A DNA stretch of 61,218 nt, taken from Guillardia theta CCMP2712 (lineage: Eukaryota > Protista > Cryptophyta). The stretch spans positions 29,237 through 90,454 of the forward strand of contig NW_005434535.1 of NCBI RefSeq assembly GCF_000315625.1. The letters run 5' to 3'. This document shows, in pieces, positions 12,045 to 25,318 of this stretch. The notes beneath the pieces were generated by a model. It was not told where the DNA came from. It worked only from the letters and a program-made list of their open reading frames with translations, and did not search any database. How positions within the stretch are numbered: position 1 is the first letter of the stretch; the number at the start of each line of letters is the position of its first letter. The position numbers were made by a program, and so were the translations under genes.

Positions 12045-14197
12045 GCTGTTTGACCAGAGCGCGGGCTACTACCCCACCCTGGAAAGGTGGTACAAACCTC
12101 AGCTGTTCGAAAACACCACCATATCGAATAGGTCGATTCATAGTCAAGAGGACCGGTGTTCAGCTTTGTGGACTACCCTACCCTTCCGATTCGACAGTCC
12201 GGTCGGTAGCAACTATTTAAAACTTATGTTTTATCAACTCACATACAACTCATACACGGTACAGTCATTTTGTACCTTTGCAAACAATTTCACATACGTA
12301 AAAGACGTGAGTAATTTAATTGTTTACAAATCTTTACTATATATCACGATCATGTCTTATAAAGATATAGAATCACACTTATTGATTTTAGTATTGTACC
12401 CGTGAATTGCATATGCGATAGAAATCTAATTTATATCTGTTTTAAAAAGAAACCTTTGTACAAACTTCGTCTTGACCGGAAGAGTCAGGTAGGGGTGGGG
12501 TAGTGAGATACTCGTGTGGGTACGGTAGTAAATCGAAGGGGTATAGAGTGGGGGGTGCATAGTCGAAGTCCTAAGAGCCCTATTGACATGGTCCTATCTT
12601 TGATACAATATGATCTCAATTGGACTGTAGGGTGGGTTCGATGACCGTACCCGAGGGGCTCCCCACAGATCGATGAGGAGGGTCAGTTCATTTCACCCCG
12701 TCGGTGACCCGAACGGGCCCTAAATTTGTCCTCACAAAAAGGGGGTGGGGTGATACGACTACCCAGGTTGTCAATAGCTTCGAGATTGACAGAATGACCG
12801 GGGTGGGTGAAATGCAGTGGTAAACTGCTAGGTCATGAATAGGGTGAGGGTCCTAGGGATTTCATATTGCTGTAGGACCTAGCACAATGCAGACCACAGA
12901 ACCTACAAACAAAATACGACCCATCAATTGCGTGTGTCCAGTGGGGGTTCAGGGGGGCTCGAGAGGGTGGGGTGGTGAACTTGGGTGTTGCTAATAGTGT
13001 ACTCTCACTCATTTCACTGACACATACGGGTCCTTTCAAGGGCAAATGTAGGGTAGGGGTTAGTGCCGAAGGGCGAGAATGTCGGGAGGAGCCAGGGAGG
13101 TGGGGTAGTGAATGAAAGGGGTGGGGATAGAAGGGAGTGCTGGTAGGGTACATACAATAGGATGTTAGGGGTCCAGGGTCCCTTGTACATCGAACTGGGG
13201 GGGTGAGGAATGCCACATGTATGGGAAAGGAAGGGTACTATTTGATAACATGAACAAGTACCCCTACTATTTACTGATAATTTTTGGTAAAAATGAGGGG
13301 TAATGAATCAAATTTTGGACAAGTAGGGGGTGGACAATAAATGGGTGGGGTACATGGTTGGTGTTCGAGAGGACGCTACTGAGTGACAATGCCAGGGAGC
13401 GCGCGAAAGTGGAAAGGGAGGAGAAGTGGTGATATGGCAGGGAGGATGGAATGAGTAGCATCTGAGGTTGGATTCAAGGAGGAAAAGAATGAATAGGAGG
13501 GAGGGAGGGACCAATAAGTACGTGCGTGCCACTCGAGGAAGAGGAGGACATTCAAGAACTTAGGCACGGTATGGCTACAAGAGGACAGGTAGCGATCTGG
13601 CAAGAGAGAACGGATGTAATGGCAGCTGGGGCTGATCATTTTTGGACATGAGGATATGATGGAATACGGTCCGTGATGAAAATCGAAGTGTAGGAGGATA
13701 AATGAAAGCACGAAACCGAAGCTAGTCGGTGCAGCAGGCTTCAATGAGTTGCGTTGTAGAAAGGATCGTCAGCTTTGTTGAGAGTGTATGCGGCAACATA
13801 GGAATCCAAAAACTCAGAATGGACGAATAGAGGAATATGGACTCATCATCTTTACGATGCATCCAAGTAGGTCAAGCAGAGGTTGCATTCAAGTAGGTCA
13901 AGCAGAGGTTGAGGAAGGTTGGGTGATGTAGCAGGGGGTCGTTCGGGTAAACTTGATGGTCCATGGACAGGCTCATGTCCGAACGAATTGTAGACGTGAA
14001 AAGAGATCCTTTACTCTGCAACAAAACACCTTGTCACTCACGCTGACCATGAAAAACAGGCACCGGTATGCAGAGACAAGGAAACAGGCTTCATTGCTGT
14101 GGAGATGAGTCAAACCTTTAAGGAGTTTTGTGGATCAGAGGCAGCTGGCTTGAGTCGATGCATTCTAATAGTTTCTTGATGTTGAAAGCTTTTAGGC

Positions 14198-16383
14198 TTG
14201 CCAGCTATTTCTCCGACGGTCTGGCTTCAACTACTCACGAGAACCCACATGCGTAATTTCAAGATGCACAGTTCAATGAAGCTCAGGCCTTTATGGCATG
14301 AGGGATTTCCACAGCTTATGGGAAAGACTTTGATTCTTCTGTCTATGTTGGTTGCCTTTGCAACAGGCGAAGTTTCGCACGATCATTTGGACGTGCGGCA
14401 GAGTTGTGAATTTATTAACGCAGCCAACGTAGGTGGCTCGCATTTGCAACCTGTTGAGTTGCCTGCGGTGTCCTTTGAGCAAAGGATCGATCACGACACA
14501 AATGCTTTCTGTTACGCGAATGCCAACGATTCTGATGGACAAACTTCAGGGTTTATGGATCGGATCTCTGATCAAGACGTTTTGAACGATTCCACCGAGC
14601 AAGTTTCGAATGATGACATTCAAAATGGCGGCAGAGCCAGACAATTCACGACCAAGACTCTTGAGCTGCCTTGCAATCTCGATGAAGTCGTTAAGACCAT
14701 CCAATCTGCCAAGAATATTCTAGTCGTGACGGGTGCAGGTATCAGTGCGAGCTGCGGCATTCCTACGTGAGCATCCTTTGAATGTGCTTCGTTTCCTGAT
14801 GCTCGCCAGGTTCCGAGGAGATGGTCAATTTTACAGTACTGTTGCAAGAGAGTTCAATCTTCCCTATCAACATGCTGTGATGGATATCAATTATTTCAAA
14901 GAGGACCCTAGGCCATTCTACAAAGTCGCTCAAAGGATCTACCCTGACAACCACAAAGCGAGCCTGTCTCATTTGTTCATCAAAAAGCTTGAGGAGGCGG
15001 GCACCTTACTCCGTGACTATACGCAGAATATTGATACCATGGAGAGGTAAGCCCTTGTTCTTGACGAAATGTTTCTTGCAAGCTGATTGCCTCGTAGGAG
15101 CGCAGGTATTGAACGAGTTGTGTATTGTCATGGTTCATTTGCGAAAGCCAAATGCACTCGTTGTGGCGTTGAGGTCTTTCAAGACCTCGAACTGTTAGCC
15201 GATGACATCTTTATAGATTGATGGTCGGGAAATCAAATCCGAGATATTAGCTGGAGAGGTTCCGCGATGCCGAAGATCGCAACAGGTACAAGAGTCGGGG
15301 TTGAGACTTTCAACGTCTGTGAACTTACCTGCATGTTGCAGTGTGGTGGAGTGATCAAACCATGCATAACATTCTTCAATGAGCCTTTGCCTGAAGAATT
15401 TCACGAGACCTTTCAAAGCGATGCACGCAGAGCTGATCTCCTCATTGTATAATGCTTCTTAATATGCCGCATATTCCTCACATGGTCGATAGGTGATGGG
15501 AACTTCGTTGTCCGTGGCTCCAGTTTCATACATACCGATGATTTTACGCAATATTCCATCAATTTTCATCAATGTTGATGCTGTTCCCGGCAGCGAGGTA
15601 AAGGCAATCTCAGCATACATATGGTCTAATACCTACCCACACCAGGATGGTGTGTTCGATTACTTCTTGAAGGGTCCCTGCGATAAATTCATAGCTGCAT
15701 TACTTGAGCAAGGATTGTCCTCCAAGCTGTGCGGAGAATCTCGAAGCTTCTGCGCAGAAGAAAATCTTGATAGCAGTGCACACGTTGAGAGCGCCATGGA
15801 CAGGCAATCGGCAGTCTCCGACATTACACCAGATTCGTCTGTTCGTTCAGATGAATCTGACGTTGTCGCTCCTGTCACTTCAGCGATACGTCCCCAGTCA
15901 TTGATTGTCGGCTTGTCACCTCCAGCCTCACCGAGATCCACCAGCCTTCTTGAGGACAGCGAGAAGCTCACGTTTGTGCGTAACCGTAACGTCGGAGCCG
16001 TGGTAAAGGATGCAGGTCTAACTTTGCTGCGAGTTGGATCGTCGCTGGAAGGCGAAGTAGATGTCGAATCAGAGGACTGGATCAAGAACCTAATGTGGGG
16101 CCTTGACAAGGACAAGGTGAGTCTTACTTGTTGGATGGCCAGGGAAGGGACGGGGGGTATGACAACCATGTTGCAGATGCATGTAGCGGACTTGCGGGAT
16201 CTCAAGCGATGTATTTGGAGGATGATTAGAAGGCGCCTGTGGTCTACTAGGGGGTCCACGTCAGCTTTGAAGCCTCAGCTGACTGTCTCCAAGAAGTCGC
16301 TCAAGAAGGGGGGGAGCTCACCGACCAGAAGGCGAGAGAAAAGAGAGATTCTGTACCCACACTTGGTGCCTCAGATGCTGTAA
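14198..16383 (+). CDS. NAD-dependent deacetylase, Sir2/sirtuin class I (SIRT1/SIR2-like), multi-exon; 5' end uncertain
   Basis: ILVVTGAGISASCGIPT-FR, LLRDYTQNIDTME, VVYCHGSFAKAKCTRC, CGGVIKPCITFFNEPLP and MGTSLSVAPVS: the canonical sirtuin motifs in order, separated by short GT-AG introns. Confidence 0.92.
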
Positions 16384-16511
16384 GGGCTGCCGTGCTTCAG
16401 TTTATTCTTTCATGTATCATATCTGTAGTTTCATTCTGTATGTCTCTTATACATGTACAAAGTTTCCCTACTTGACCCTGCTTCGTCTTCCCTATATCAT
16501 TCCTCCCTCTG

Positions 16512-17887
16512 TCATGCCTGGACTACACCATCCTTGACAGCCTCTTCTTCCGGCACCTCAACAAAGCTGAATCCTGAGAGATTCCGTACTCCAGCCTCCT
16601 CAGACAGAGTGAAGGGGACGGACGATGTCGAAGTCGATCCTTTCTCCCACCCTTCCTCCTGCTGCGGGCTCGTCGACCTCTTGGATACTACAAGTTGCTC
16701 CTGGAGATCATCGACGATGGAAGCAGTGGCTCTCTTTCCAAGCTTGAACAAGGCATCGAAGTTTGCTTCGCCGAAGACTGATCCCTCTGGACTCCAGGAG
16801 TTGCCCAGCAGCATTCGCCTGCATCCCTGCTTCGCCTGCTCGTATACAATCTTGATCCTCTGCATGAGTTCTTCCAGCTTCTGCTGGCTGTCCATCCTTC
16901 TCCTGTAGGCTCCTCCTCCTGGCAGCAGGATGGGGTTGATTCTTGTGCAGCTCGGGCGGTTGAAAGCTTGTTCTTGGGGGAGCAGGTCTGAGTCTGCTGG
17001 CGTCCAACGGCTCTTGAGGAGGATGATGTATCCCTCTTTAACCACCACGTCCTTGCCCTTGCTGCTCTGCTTCTCTTCCTCTACCTTCATCTGCAAGCTC
17101 CTGGAAACATCCGACAGGCTGGTAGGCGAAGCCCCTCCAGCTGCGGCCAGGCTCATGTAGTGCACCTTGAGCCGCAAAGTCCGCGCATGCGGGTTCCTGT
17201 GGAAGTCCCGGACGACGGTCCAGATGTCTCCCTCGTGGTCCCGAGGAGGCAGGAAAGCACAGCCCAGCTCTCTGCGAGCACGCTCCACCACCTTGAGGAA
17301 GGCCCAGCATGGGTCCGCCTGCTCAACGTCACCCGGGGGAGAGGCGCCAAACTTCTCGTCGACAGTTGAGTCCAAGACGACTATAAGGGAGCATCTCCTC
17401 CTCAAGAGCTCGAAAAGGCCCAGCTGATCGACCTGCACAAAGTCAGGAGGAGCCCGGGGACGAGCAGCAGCGAGCAAGAGCCGCTCGCACTCGCGCACCT
17501 GATCCTCGTCAGATACGAAGAGGAGGGAGGAGGTCGGACGGCCAAGGAAGAGGTCCCGCAGCAGCTTGTGGAGCAAGAGGAGGTAGCTGTGCTGCAAGAG
17601 CGTCCGTCCTTCGGGGAGGAGGCTAACAACCACGACGATGAGGGCGATGGTGACGACCACGAGGAGGAGAGCGGGGTGGAGGATGCTTACCAGGGTGCTG
17701 ATGGAGAGCAAGAGCAGGGAGCATTGGAAGCGTTTGGAGTTGAGCTGGTTGGCAAGGAACTGAAGACATCGAGCTCGCAGTGAGATCTCCTCCCTTACAA
17801 TCGGTCGATTTCCATTCGTGTCGAGAAAGAAGTTGGGCTGACAACAAGTCAGTCTAACTTCGACTACAAGGCCTCTCTCATCCTTCT

Positions 17888-17986
<99 letters not shown>

Positions 17987-20764
17987 CTGTCCTGACATTC
18001 TGCTTACCGTGGGACTTCCCGAGATAAGGATGTCACGATGATGTGCAGAGCCACGTGAGGGGCTGCCGGCGCCTCGTCCTTGCGCCTTCATCGCCTCCCT
18101 GGCCGGCAGCTGCAGCCATCCTCCTGCTTGCAACCAGATCTGCCCACAGACACAGCCCGTGATGCCCGTCGAGCTGCATGCCAGCTGGGATCCACTTGGA
18201 CCCTTCATTCGGCCTCGAGAGTCGTTGAAGAATTCTCTCCCCGATGAGAGGTAGAGCGTCTCTGAAATGGTCAGCGACGCTGGGGTCGCAAAGTAACCAG
18301 CTCGGCTCGAGCCACAGAACTTGGGGCTGAGAAGGAAGGGAAAGGAGGAGGAGGAGGAGGAGGAGTATGCCGGGTCAAGAGCTGGGAGCGGTTCATCTCC
18401 GCAGATCTGGAGGGGAGACTTGAGGAAGCCGTCATCGTGACAGAGAGGGCCGGAAGCAGAAACTGTGACGAGGACGTAGGGCATGGAGCAGTCAGGCGTC
18501 TGTTCAAGCAAGAAGGGATCGATCTGCTCTTTCGGTGTCAGCGTCCTCCATGACCGCATCAACTTGGCAAGGTGCTCGATAAGCTCGCTGTGGAAGGTTT
18601 TGGAAGATAAGGATCGGAGCGAGGAGGAGGCAGAGGAGGCGGAGGAGGCAGCGGAGGAGGCCATCTGAGACTCTATGTTGTAGTAGATGTCCCCGATGTT
18701 CTCAAACACTCCTCTCATCGCCTGCTCCTTGTGCTCCTCGCAGCTGAACGCCAAGAAGTTCCTCCGCATGCGCACCCGCAGGAGGATGTGAATGCATGAG
18801 ACCAGCAGGTCGCGGACAGCGATGAGGACGAGCAGCCAGGAGCAGGTCACCTCGTATGCTCTCGAAGCTGGAAAGACAGAGTTCAGCAGGCTAGCAGGGA
18901 GAGGATGCTGTGAGACAAGGAAAGGTAAGAGAGGGAAGTGTTTCAAGGTAGCAGCGGAGGAAGCAAATTCAGGAAGGTAGGGATACCACTCCTCCGATGA
19001 AAGATCAGTTCGACACATCCCCTGGAGATGAGCCAGAGAGCTGCAACAATCATCGCAACCTGCAGGCCGTAGAGCATTTGCTTGTCCCTGTCAGAGCTGT
19101 CTGTCAGGAGGAGAACAGCAATGATGGCAGAGGGGAGTTAGGACGAGGTACATGTGAAGGTATCGAGCAATTGGAGCTTGCCTTGTCCTCTCGTTACAAG
19201 AATGGAACAGAGTTGTCTTGGTCATCATTGCTGTCCACAGGCCCCATATGATCACTAGGATGACTTCATCGATAATTGTATGCTTCAGCAGCCTGGAAGG
19301 AGGAAACGGTCTCAGGAAACTCCTTCACTCCTTTCTTCTGCTCGTTTCCTCGCCCTCCAATCATGCACATCCCCACACTGCCCTTTGCATGCACAGGTCC
19401 CTTGATTCAGAACTTTCTTTACAGCTCTCGCAACACTGCGCTCCCCCCTCCTATCTCACCTCTCCTCCAGTAGCATGAAGATAATGACCACAAACAATCC
19501 GGCCATGCTCGTTGCAAGGTAGGCCGCCACCTGACTCCACAAGGGTGCCTTGCTGATTCCTCCTGGGCGATCAGCAGGGCGTCAGGTGAAAAGGAGAAGG
19601 AAACTAGAGGAAAGACCTTTGACACACGAGGCAGCACTTAAGTACCTACAGAGACATCTGCAATTCGAGCCGCTCGCTCCTCCCCCGTCATCGTTGCCCA
19701 TCCACGAGGTCGCCACACAGCACAGGCCCACCCACACAGGACCGAAGAAGACAAACACAGCTGCAAGCTGCATGACCTGAGTCAGACCAGGGAGAGGTTT
19801 CCTCCTGTTTTGCACCTGGAAGGGGCGGAAGCCCTTCACGAGCAACGAGCGGAGTGGATCCCCAAGGACGTCGCTCAATGATGCTGCGATGAAGAAACAA
19901 GCCGCTAGCGCGATCATGGGCGTGACGATCACTGAGACTGAGAGCATCAACGCCTGCCATGAAGGAGAGTCAAGAGGATCTGTCAGAAGGCGATCGGATG
20001 TATACCTTCTGGGCAGCAAGAAGATATATTCCTGGGGACTTGTCCTGGCAGATCAGTTTGATCTGCTCGACGCTCCTTTCAATGAACTCTGAGGCGGAGA
20101 ACCGGGAGATTTGAGAGAGTTTGCTCGCTCGCGACTTCTTCTTGAGAGAATCTGGCAAGCCTTCTTGCCCTCCTGCCGCTTGTCCTATGAAACGCGCATC
20201 CCCATCGCTCCTTCTAGACAACGCAAGGGCGTTGGACAGTAAGGATGCCACCACGCATGACCCGCCAGCAGCACAGCTGATGTAGTCAACACGATCGAAG
20301 AGACCTGCGACACAGGTTCAGACAGCATGCAAACATTCAAAATCTTGATGAAGCTCGATGTGCAAGATCAGGATGTCAATGTAGCAGTTGAATGAGCGTT
20401 CAACTGAATGTTGAATGCTCATTCAACTTCATGCTAGAAAGCAGTACTACCAGATTGCGAAAGCTGCTCCAGCGCTCCGAGGCTAAAGGCAGCGCTGCGC
20501 ATGCCGCCCGGAGATATGCAAACTCCGAAGGTGTCATCAAGATGTCGAACCTGTTGAGCAGAAACTGTCAGATACATGTTCAGATTTCGTAAGTAGGATC
20601 ACATCTTGCTTCGCAGCTTCGCACGATTTTGAGCCAGACAGGGGCTTTTTTGAGCCATCCAGCCTCTGTCGTCTTTCTTTGATCCATCTTGACTCACCTT
20701 CATATATTTCTTCTTGCGAGTGACAATTCAAACATGACATCTCGATAGAAAATGCACACTTCAC
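16512..20764 (-). CDS. Patatin/cPLA2-like multi-pass membrane protein with degenerate catalytic motifs, multi-exon; 5' end uncertain (may extend toward ~21480)
   Basis: FGVCISPGGMRSAAFSLGALEQL (~20470-20535), LFDRVDYISCAAGGSCVVASL (~20240-20305), hydrophobic TM segments, FLLSPKFCGSSRAGYF, and LFVSDEDQV..DQLGLFELLRRRCSLIVVLDS. This matches the layout of membrane-embedded patatin-like phospholipases. Confidence 0.7.
17888..17986. repeat. (CTGC)n tetranucleotide microsatellite, probably intronic
   Basis: About 24 perfect CTGC units. Confidence 0.95.
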
Positions 20765-22853
20765 AGAGGTATTCAGTAGCGTTGGGTCTGCGACGTCATT
20801 TCATGTCCGATGCAAGATGAAATATGATTCATTTCATGAGAATCGTCTTCGATTGCAGGCTTTAACAAAGCAATACATAGATGCAGGCGAACCTGAAGGA
20901 AATATCAACAATTCCAATTAAAAAAAACGAACAAAACCATACTGCTCGATTATAAATGTTCACGTTCTATCTTTTGGCTCATGTTAGGCGCACACTTGTC
21001 CTGATTTCACCTTTTCTTGTCTATCAAACGTATGCGGAAGCGTGTTTTCGTTTACTTTTTTCACTGCAACACCTTGTCTTTTCTGAACTCCTTCAAATCT
21101 CTCCTCTACCATTCCAGAAACAAATTTGTACCTCTGTTTCAAACATGCTTCTTCCATGCTCTAGTTTGGACCGTTTCCTTGTTGTTTTTGCGGTGTATAC
21201 ATTCATCCTTTGGTTTCGATTTTTGATTTCCTTCCTCGAATTTTCTACAGAATCACCCAGTGCATATCTTGAAGTGTGTTTTCCTAGAACATCCCTCATC
21301 CTTCGCCATTCGAACCTCGCACACAAACTCAAAGTTTCTCAGCATGTTCGCTTCTTTCTGACTCATCTGCTCGCATCATTTGCTAGTATGATTTGATCTC
21401 TTGCTTCGACTTGAAGTCTTTCGCCCCCTCCTTCGCCCCCCCCTCCTCTACTTCCCCTATCTCCTGTTGCATCGCACTTGCCATCGCAAACTCGCGATTA
21501 AAACTATACTAAAAATAATAAAAGTCGACTTTTTAGGACAGAACCCCTCCTGAAAATACCCCTACCCCCTCTTCCCCTTCTGCCTTCACCCTAACAACCA
21601 CCCGTCTTCTACTCCAGGCGTTGCATCGAGCTCATTCGTACCTACCCACCCTCCTGAGTAAAAACACAGGCCCCGATCCTACTGTATCCCTATGACCCCT
21701 ACCCCAATCTCATACTACCCACCCAAATATGTCACCAATCCACTATGTACTACCCCTACTTGCTCCGAACACTTTGTGTCAAGAACGGGTGGTCCATTTT
21801 TCACCCTACCCCACAAACTTGAAATCCTTCCATCCCCTACCCACCCTACCCATTTACATCCACAAATCCGATCAACTCACATAACCCTACCCTATGTTTA
21901 ATATATTAGAATATGGGAAAGTACCCCTTCTGTCTAGCAACCATCATCGGAATCTGCCCATACAACCCCCACCCCACGGAATAGTCAACCCCAATTCATC
22001 GCTATGGTCCTCGAATGACCCTACTACCCCCCTCTCACGAGGCTGTACCCCCTTCGATGTGCTCAAGAGTAGAGGTCTTCAAGCCTTCCATTCACCACCC
22101 ACCCCCTGATTTCAATGCTCAGCGAGTTGCACCCATCTACCACCCCAGATTTCATTCTCTCTACCACCCCTTGTCCTAGATGAGGACTGCCGTAAGAATC
22201 ATGATCCTAGGACCCTTCCTCCAGTATGCCGTTACCCCCCACCCCTCTCAAACCACCCCCCACCCCTGTGGTTCCCTTGCAAGCCTTTTCACTACTATAC
22301 CTCAGGTATCCGACTCGGAGGAAAGGCGGGGACAGGCTCCTCAGTAGGCCTAGTTATTCGGAACCGGGCCGGTGCCAACGGTCAACACTGTAACAGTCCC
22401 GGCGCCGCCGCCGGGCCGGGCGCCGCCTTGCGGGGCCGCGTCCCGCCGCCCGGGTGGACCAGCGAGGATCCTGCCATCAGTGCCCTCCCGAGTCCAGGCA
22501 CTCGGGTGACCATACGGTCTGGCCCGGGACCGGGAAGTCACGGGGCGGGACTCCGTGACCCGGCGCGCCACCGTCGGACTCCGGCAGGCCCCGGGGCCCA
22601 CTGAGAGGCATACCGTACTGACCGTACTAGCCTACTAGCGGAGCCGCGGTAGCCTGCCGGCGGCCCGGCCGGGCGGCAGTCACGGGGCGGCGCCACTGCT
22701 CAGCACTGCATACTAATAACCCTTGAACGGTCATGCGGCTGAGAAGACCTCGGACGAGTCACAGGCCGCACACACGGGCGGTAGCCTTCAAAAGTCCGTA
22801 CTGAGCGGCGAACTAACCAGACTTGGCAGAGTTGAACTTAGCAAGTTATCCGA

Positions 22854-24611
22854 TCAAAACATTCCATTGAACTGTCCTTCCCGGTGCAGGATCCTCTCTG
22901 CATGCTCCACAAACGGATGGTACATCCGCTCCAGGTCCCTCCCAAGCGCCTCCAGCCGCTCCATCCCCTGCTTCGACTTCTGCATCCCCAAGATCGTCTC
23001 CCCCTGCTCCCTCCCACCGTCAGTCGCTACAGCAAGCAGCCAGCCTCTCCTGCTCACCGCGAACATGTCGGACTCGAAGTCGTTCATCCAAGTCTTGTAG
23101 TCCTTCCCTCCTCTCATGTGCTTTTCAAACAGAGCAGCGGCACTCCCCGGCGGCTCCGCCGAGGTCTCCAGCCCTTCCTTGTCCAGCTGCAGCTTCCCAG
23201 TCAGCCTCCCTGCCTCCCTCCTCTCTCTCCTTCCCCCTCCCCCATGCAAGTCTCACCGGCAGCATGTACGTCTTCATCGACCTCACCCGCCCATGGCAGT
23301 CGAACTCCTGCTGCTGCACAAACCTCGTCACCACGCAGCCTGTATCCCCGCTGCTCCCTAGATCTCGGATGCGCGTGTAGAGTTTCAGCGGTCGCCCCGG
23401 GCTCGTCGCATACAACCAGGTCCCGAACATTACGTAGCACAAGTAGTTGAACTCCGTCGTGATCAGCGACAGCTCCCTGCTCGCGATCCTCGCCAGCGCC
23501 TCCTCCGCATGTAGCCCGATGATTTTGCACAGGATATCCGATATGTACACATGCGCCCGCTTCCCCGTAGATGGATGCAGATGCTGCTTGATCACCCCGA
23601 AGCTCTGCTGCCGATACAAACTCCTTTCAAGCTCCAGGTCATGCTCCGATGCCGTCTCGCTCTCCATCAGCAGCTTCGCTTGCGGAGCCCGAGCTTTCTT
23701 CTCCATCTTGTCCGCCATGATAATCTCGACGGCATGCAGCGCTCGTCGCGTCACCTGCTGCAGGTAAGGAGGAAGCGAGACGAAGATGTTCATCAGCTCC
23801 TTGGAGCTGAAGCCGAACTCCCAATGTCGGGCCAGCACTCGGTCCGGCCAGCCCATGGAGTTCATATGCTCGCGCAGCAGGGACGGTCTATCGAAGGAGA
23901 GGCTGCGGATCCAGAAGTCGATCGGCCTCTCTACCTGCAGCTCCTGCATGCGAACTGGCCGGCTCGTCGGCAAAGTGTCATCCGATGGGGCATGTACAGC
24001 TTCTAGACACCGGCCATCCACAGCCTCGTCCTCCCTTTGTGTCAATGCCAACATGTGCGACGGGATGAACTCGGGATCTTCGTAGGTGCAATTTGCTTCC
24101 TTGTGCTGGCGCTTGCAGCGCAAGCACGGGCGACCCTCGTCGCACTTTACCTTTGACCGCCGGCAAGGAATGCAAGCAATCGAGCCCCTCTGCTTGAACT
24201 CGCTTGCCTCCCTGACCCTGATGCATTGGTCCGCGATGTCGCTGGCCAAACATCTGGTGGTACACCGTAACATGTCACTCATCGCACATGTGCCGAATCT
24301 TAGGATACGAATCCGCCACTGGAAACAAGCATGGAAGAGATAAGAATGCTACACAAGGTCAAGCAGGGCTTGACAAGGCTAGAAATGCTTGTTGTCTACG
24401 AAGAAGAGAAGGACTGGACTTGCGAAAGGGGATTTTTCACAACTGTCATGTTTGTGTTGTGATAATGGATAAGAGTGATATCAACATGTGCACACAGCAG
24501 CAGAAGCAAGCTAAGCTTCTTTCCACACTCTCACCTCGTGCAAGGTTGGAAGTTATCACACTTACTCCTCGAATCCTTGCATGGCTTGCATGCTAGTCGC
24601 GTCCTGGTCAT
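22854..24611 (-). CDS. Tandem Zn(II)2Cys6 + PAS-like transcription factor, paralog 2
   Basis: Exon MTRTRLACKPCKDSRSKCDNFQPCTR, intron 24534-24254, then CLASDIADQC...ACIPCRRSKVKCDEGRPCLRCKRQHKEANC. C-terminal VYISDILCKIIGLHAEEAL...QQQEFDCHGRVRSMKTYMLP, and terminal exon ...LERMYHPFVEHAERILHREGQFNGMF*. Confidence 0.88.
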
Positions 24612-25213
24612 CACCCGGATAGTTCTGCCGTACCATACCATGTCAGACGAGTTTCAGCCTTTGATCTAATATTCTAAGTAGTCGCGGAGCTTCTTGGTTC
24701 TGCTGATGCTACTTCGAACTCATCATGACAAAAGCCGATGTACCTGTTTACCTGTCTACTTGTTTACCTGTCTACTTATCTATTGCTCCATCTGTTTACA
24801 TATCTACATCTTGTCTGTCTCCTCTCCTCTCCTCTCCTCTCCTCTCCTCTCCTCTCCTCTCCTCTCCTCTCCTCTCCTCTCCTCTCCTCTCCTCTCCTCT
24901 CCTCTCCTTGCTTCTCCTTTTCCTCTTGCCCTTCATCGCTTGCTCGAACATGTCTTATTGACTGAAACATGTCAGTCCTCAATATCTCAAGACACATTCC
25001 CCTTGTAAAGACATACTTACCAGCTTTTTCTTTCAAAAAAAGAAACTCAAAAAAAAAACAAAAAGAACTTTTCAAAAGAACTGATCGTTTGCGTGCTCGT
25101 CTGTTTCGGCAGTATCGCTCTCGCATGGGTCTTGCCGTCCTCCTCGCAGGAGCCTTCTACTGCTCTTTGTCCTGATCCTTGTTCCCCTGCTTGTCGTGCA
25201 TGCCGTCGCTTGC

Positions 25214-25318
25214 GTGGTTGGAGTAGCGGTTTTCGCTGCTTCCTCCGTTTCCTAGTATTTTATTGAGGCGGGTTTGTAGGGTTTATCCTCCCCTCCTTTG
25301 TTTGCTCGGGTTTGCCTT
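25214..25318 (+). promoter_or_regulatory. Conserved ~105-bp non-coding element, inverted copy of 39447-39553
   Basis: gtggttggagtagcggttttcgctgc...ctagtattttattgaggcgggtttgtagg...ctcctttgtttgctc.ggtttgcctt is the reverse complement of 39447-39553 with few substitutions. The regulatory role is inferred from its position. Confidence 0.55.

Noticed and set aside
13376-13990. Possible degenerate retroelement coding remnant with a 26-bp tandem duplication at ~13864-13911
   Set aside because: No RT, endonuclease or integrase motif could be identified.
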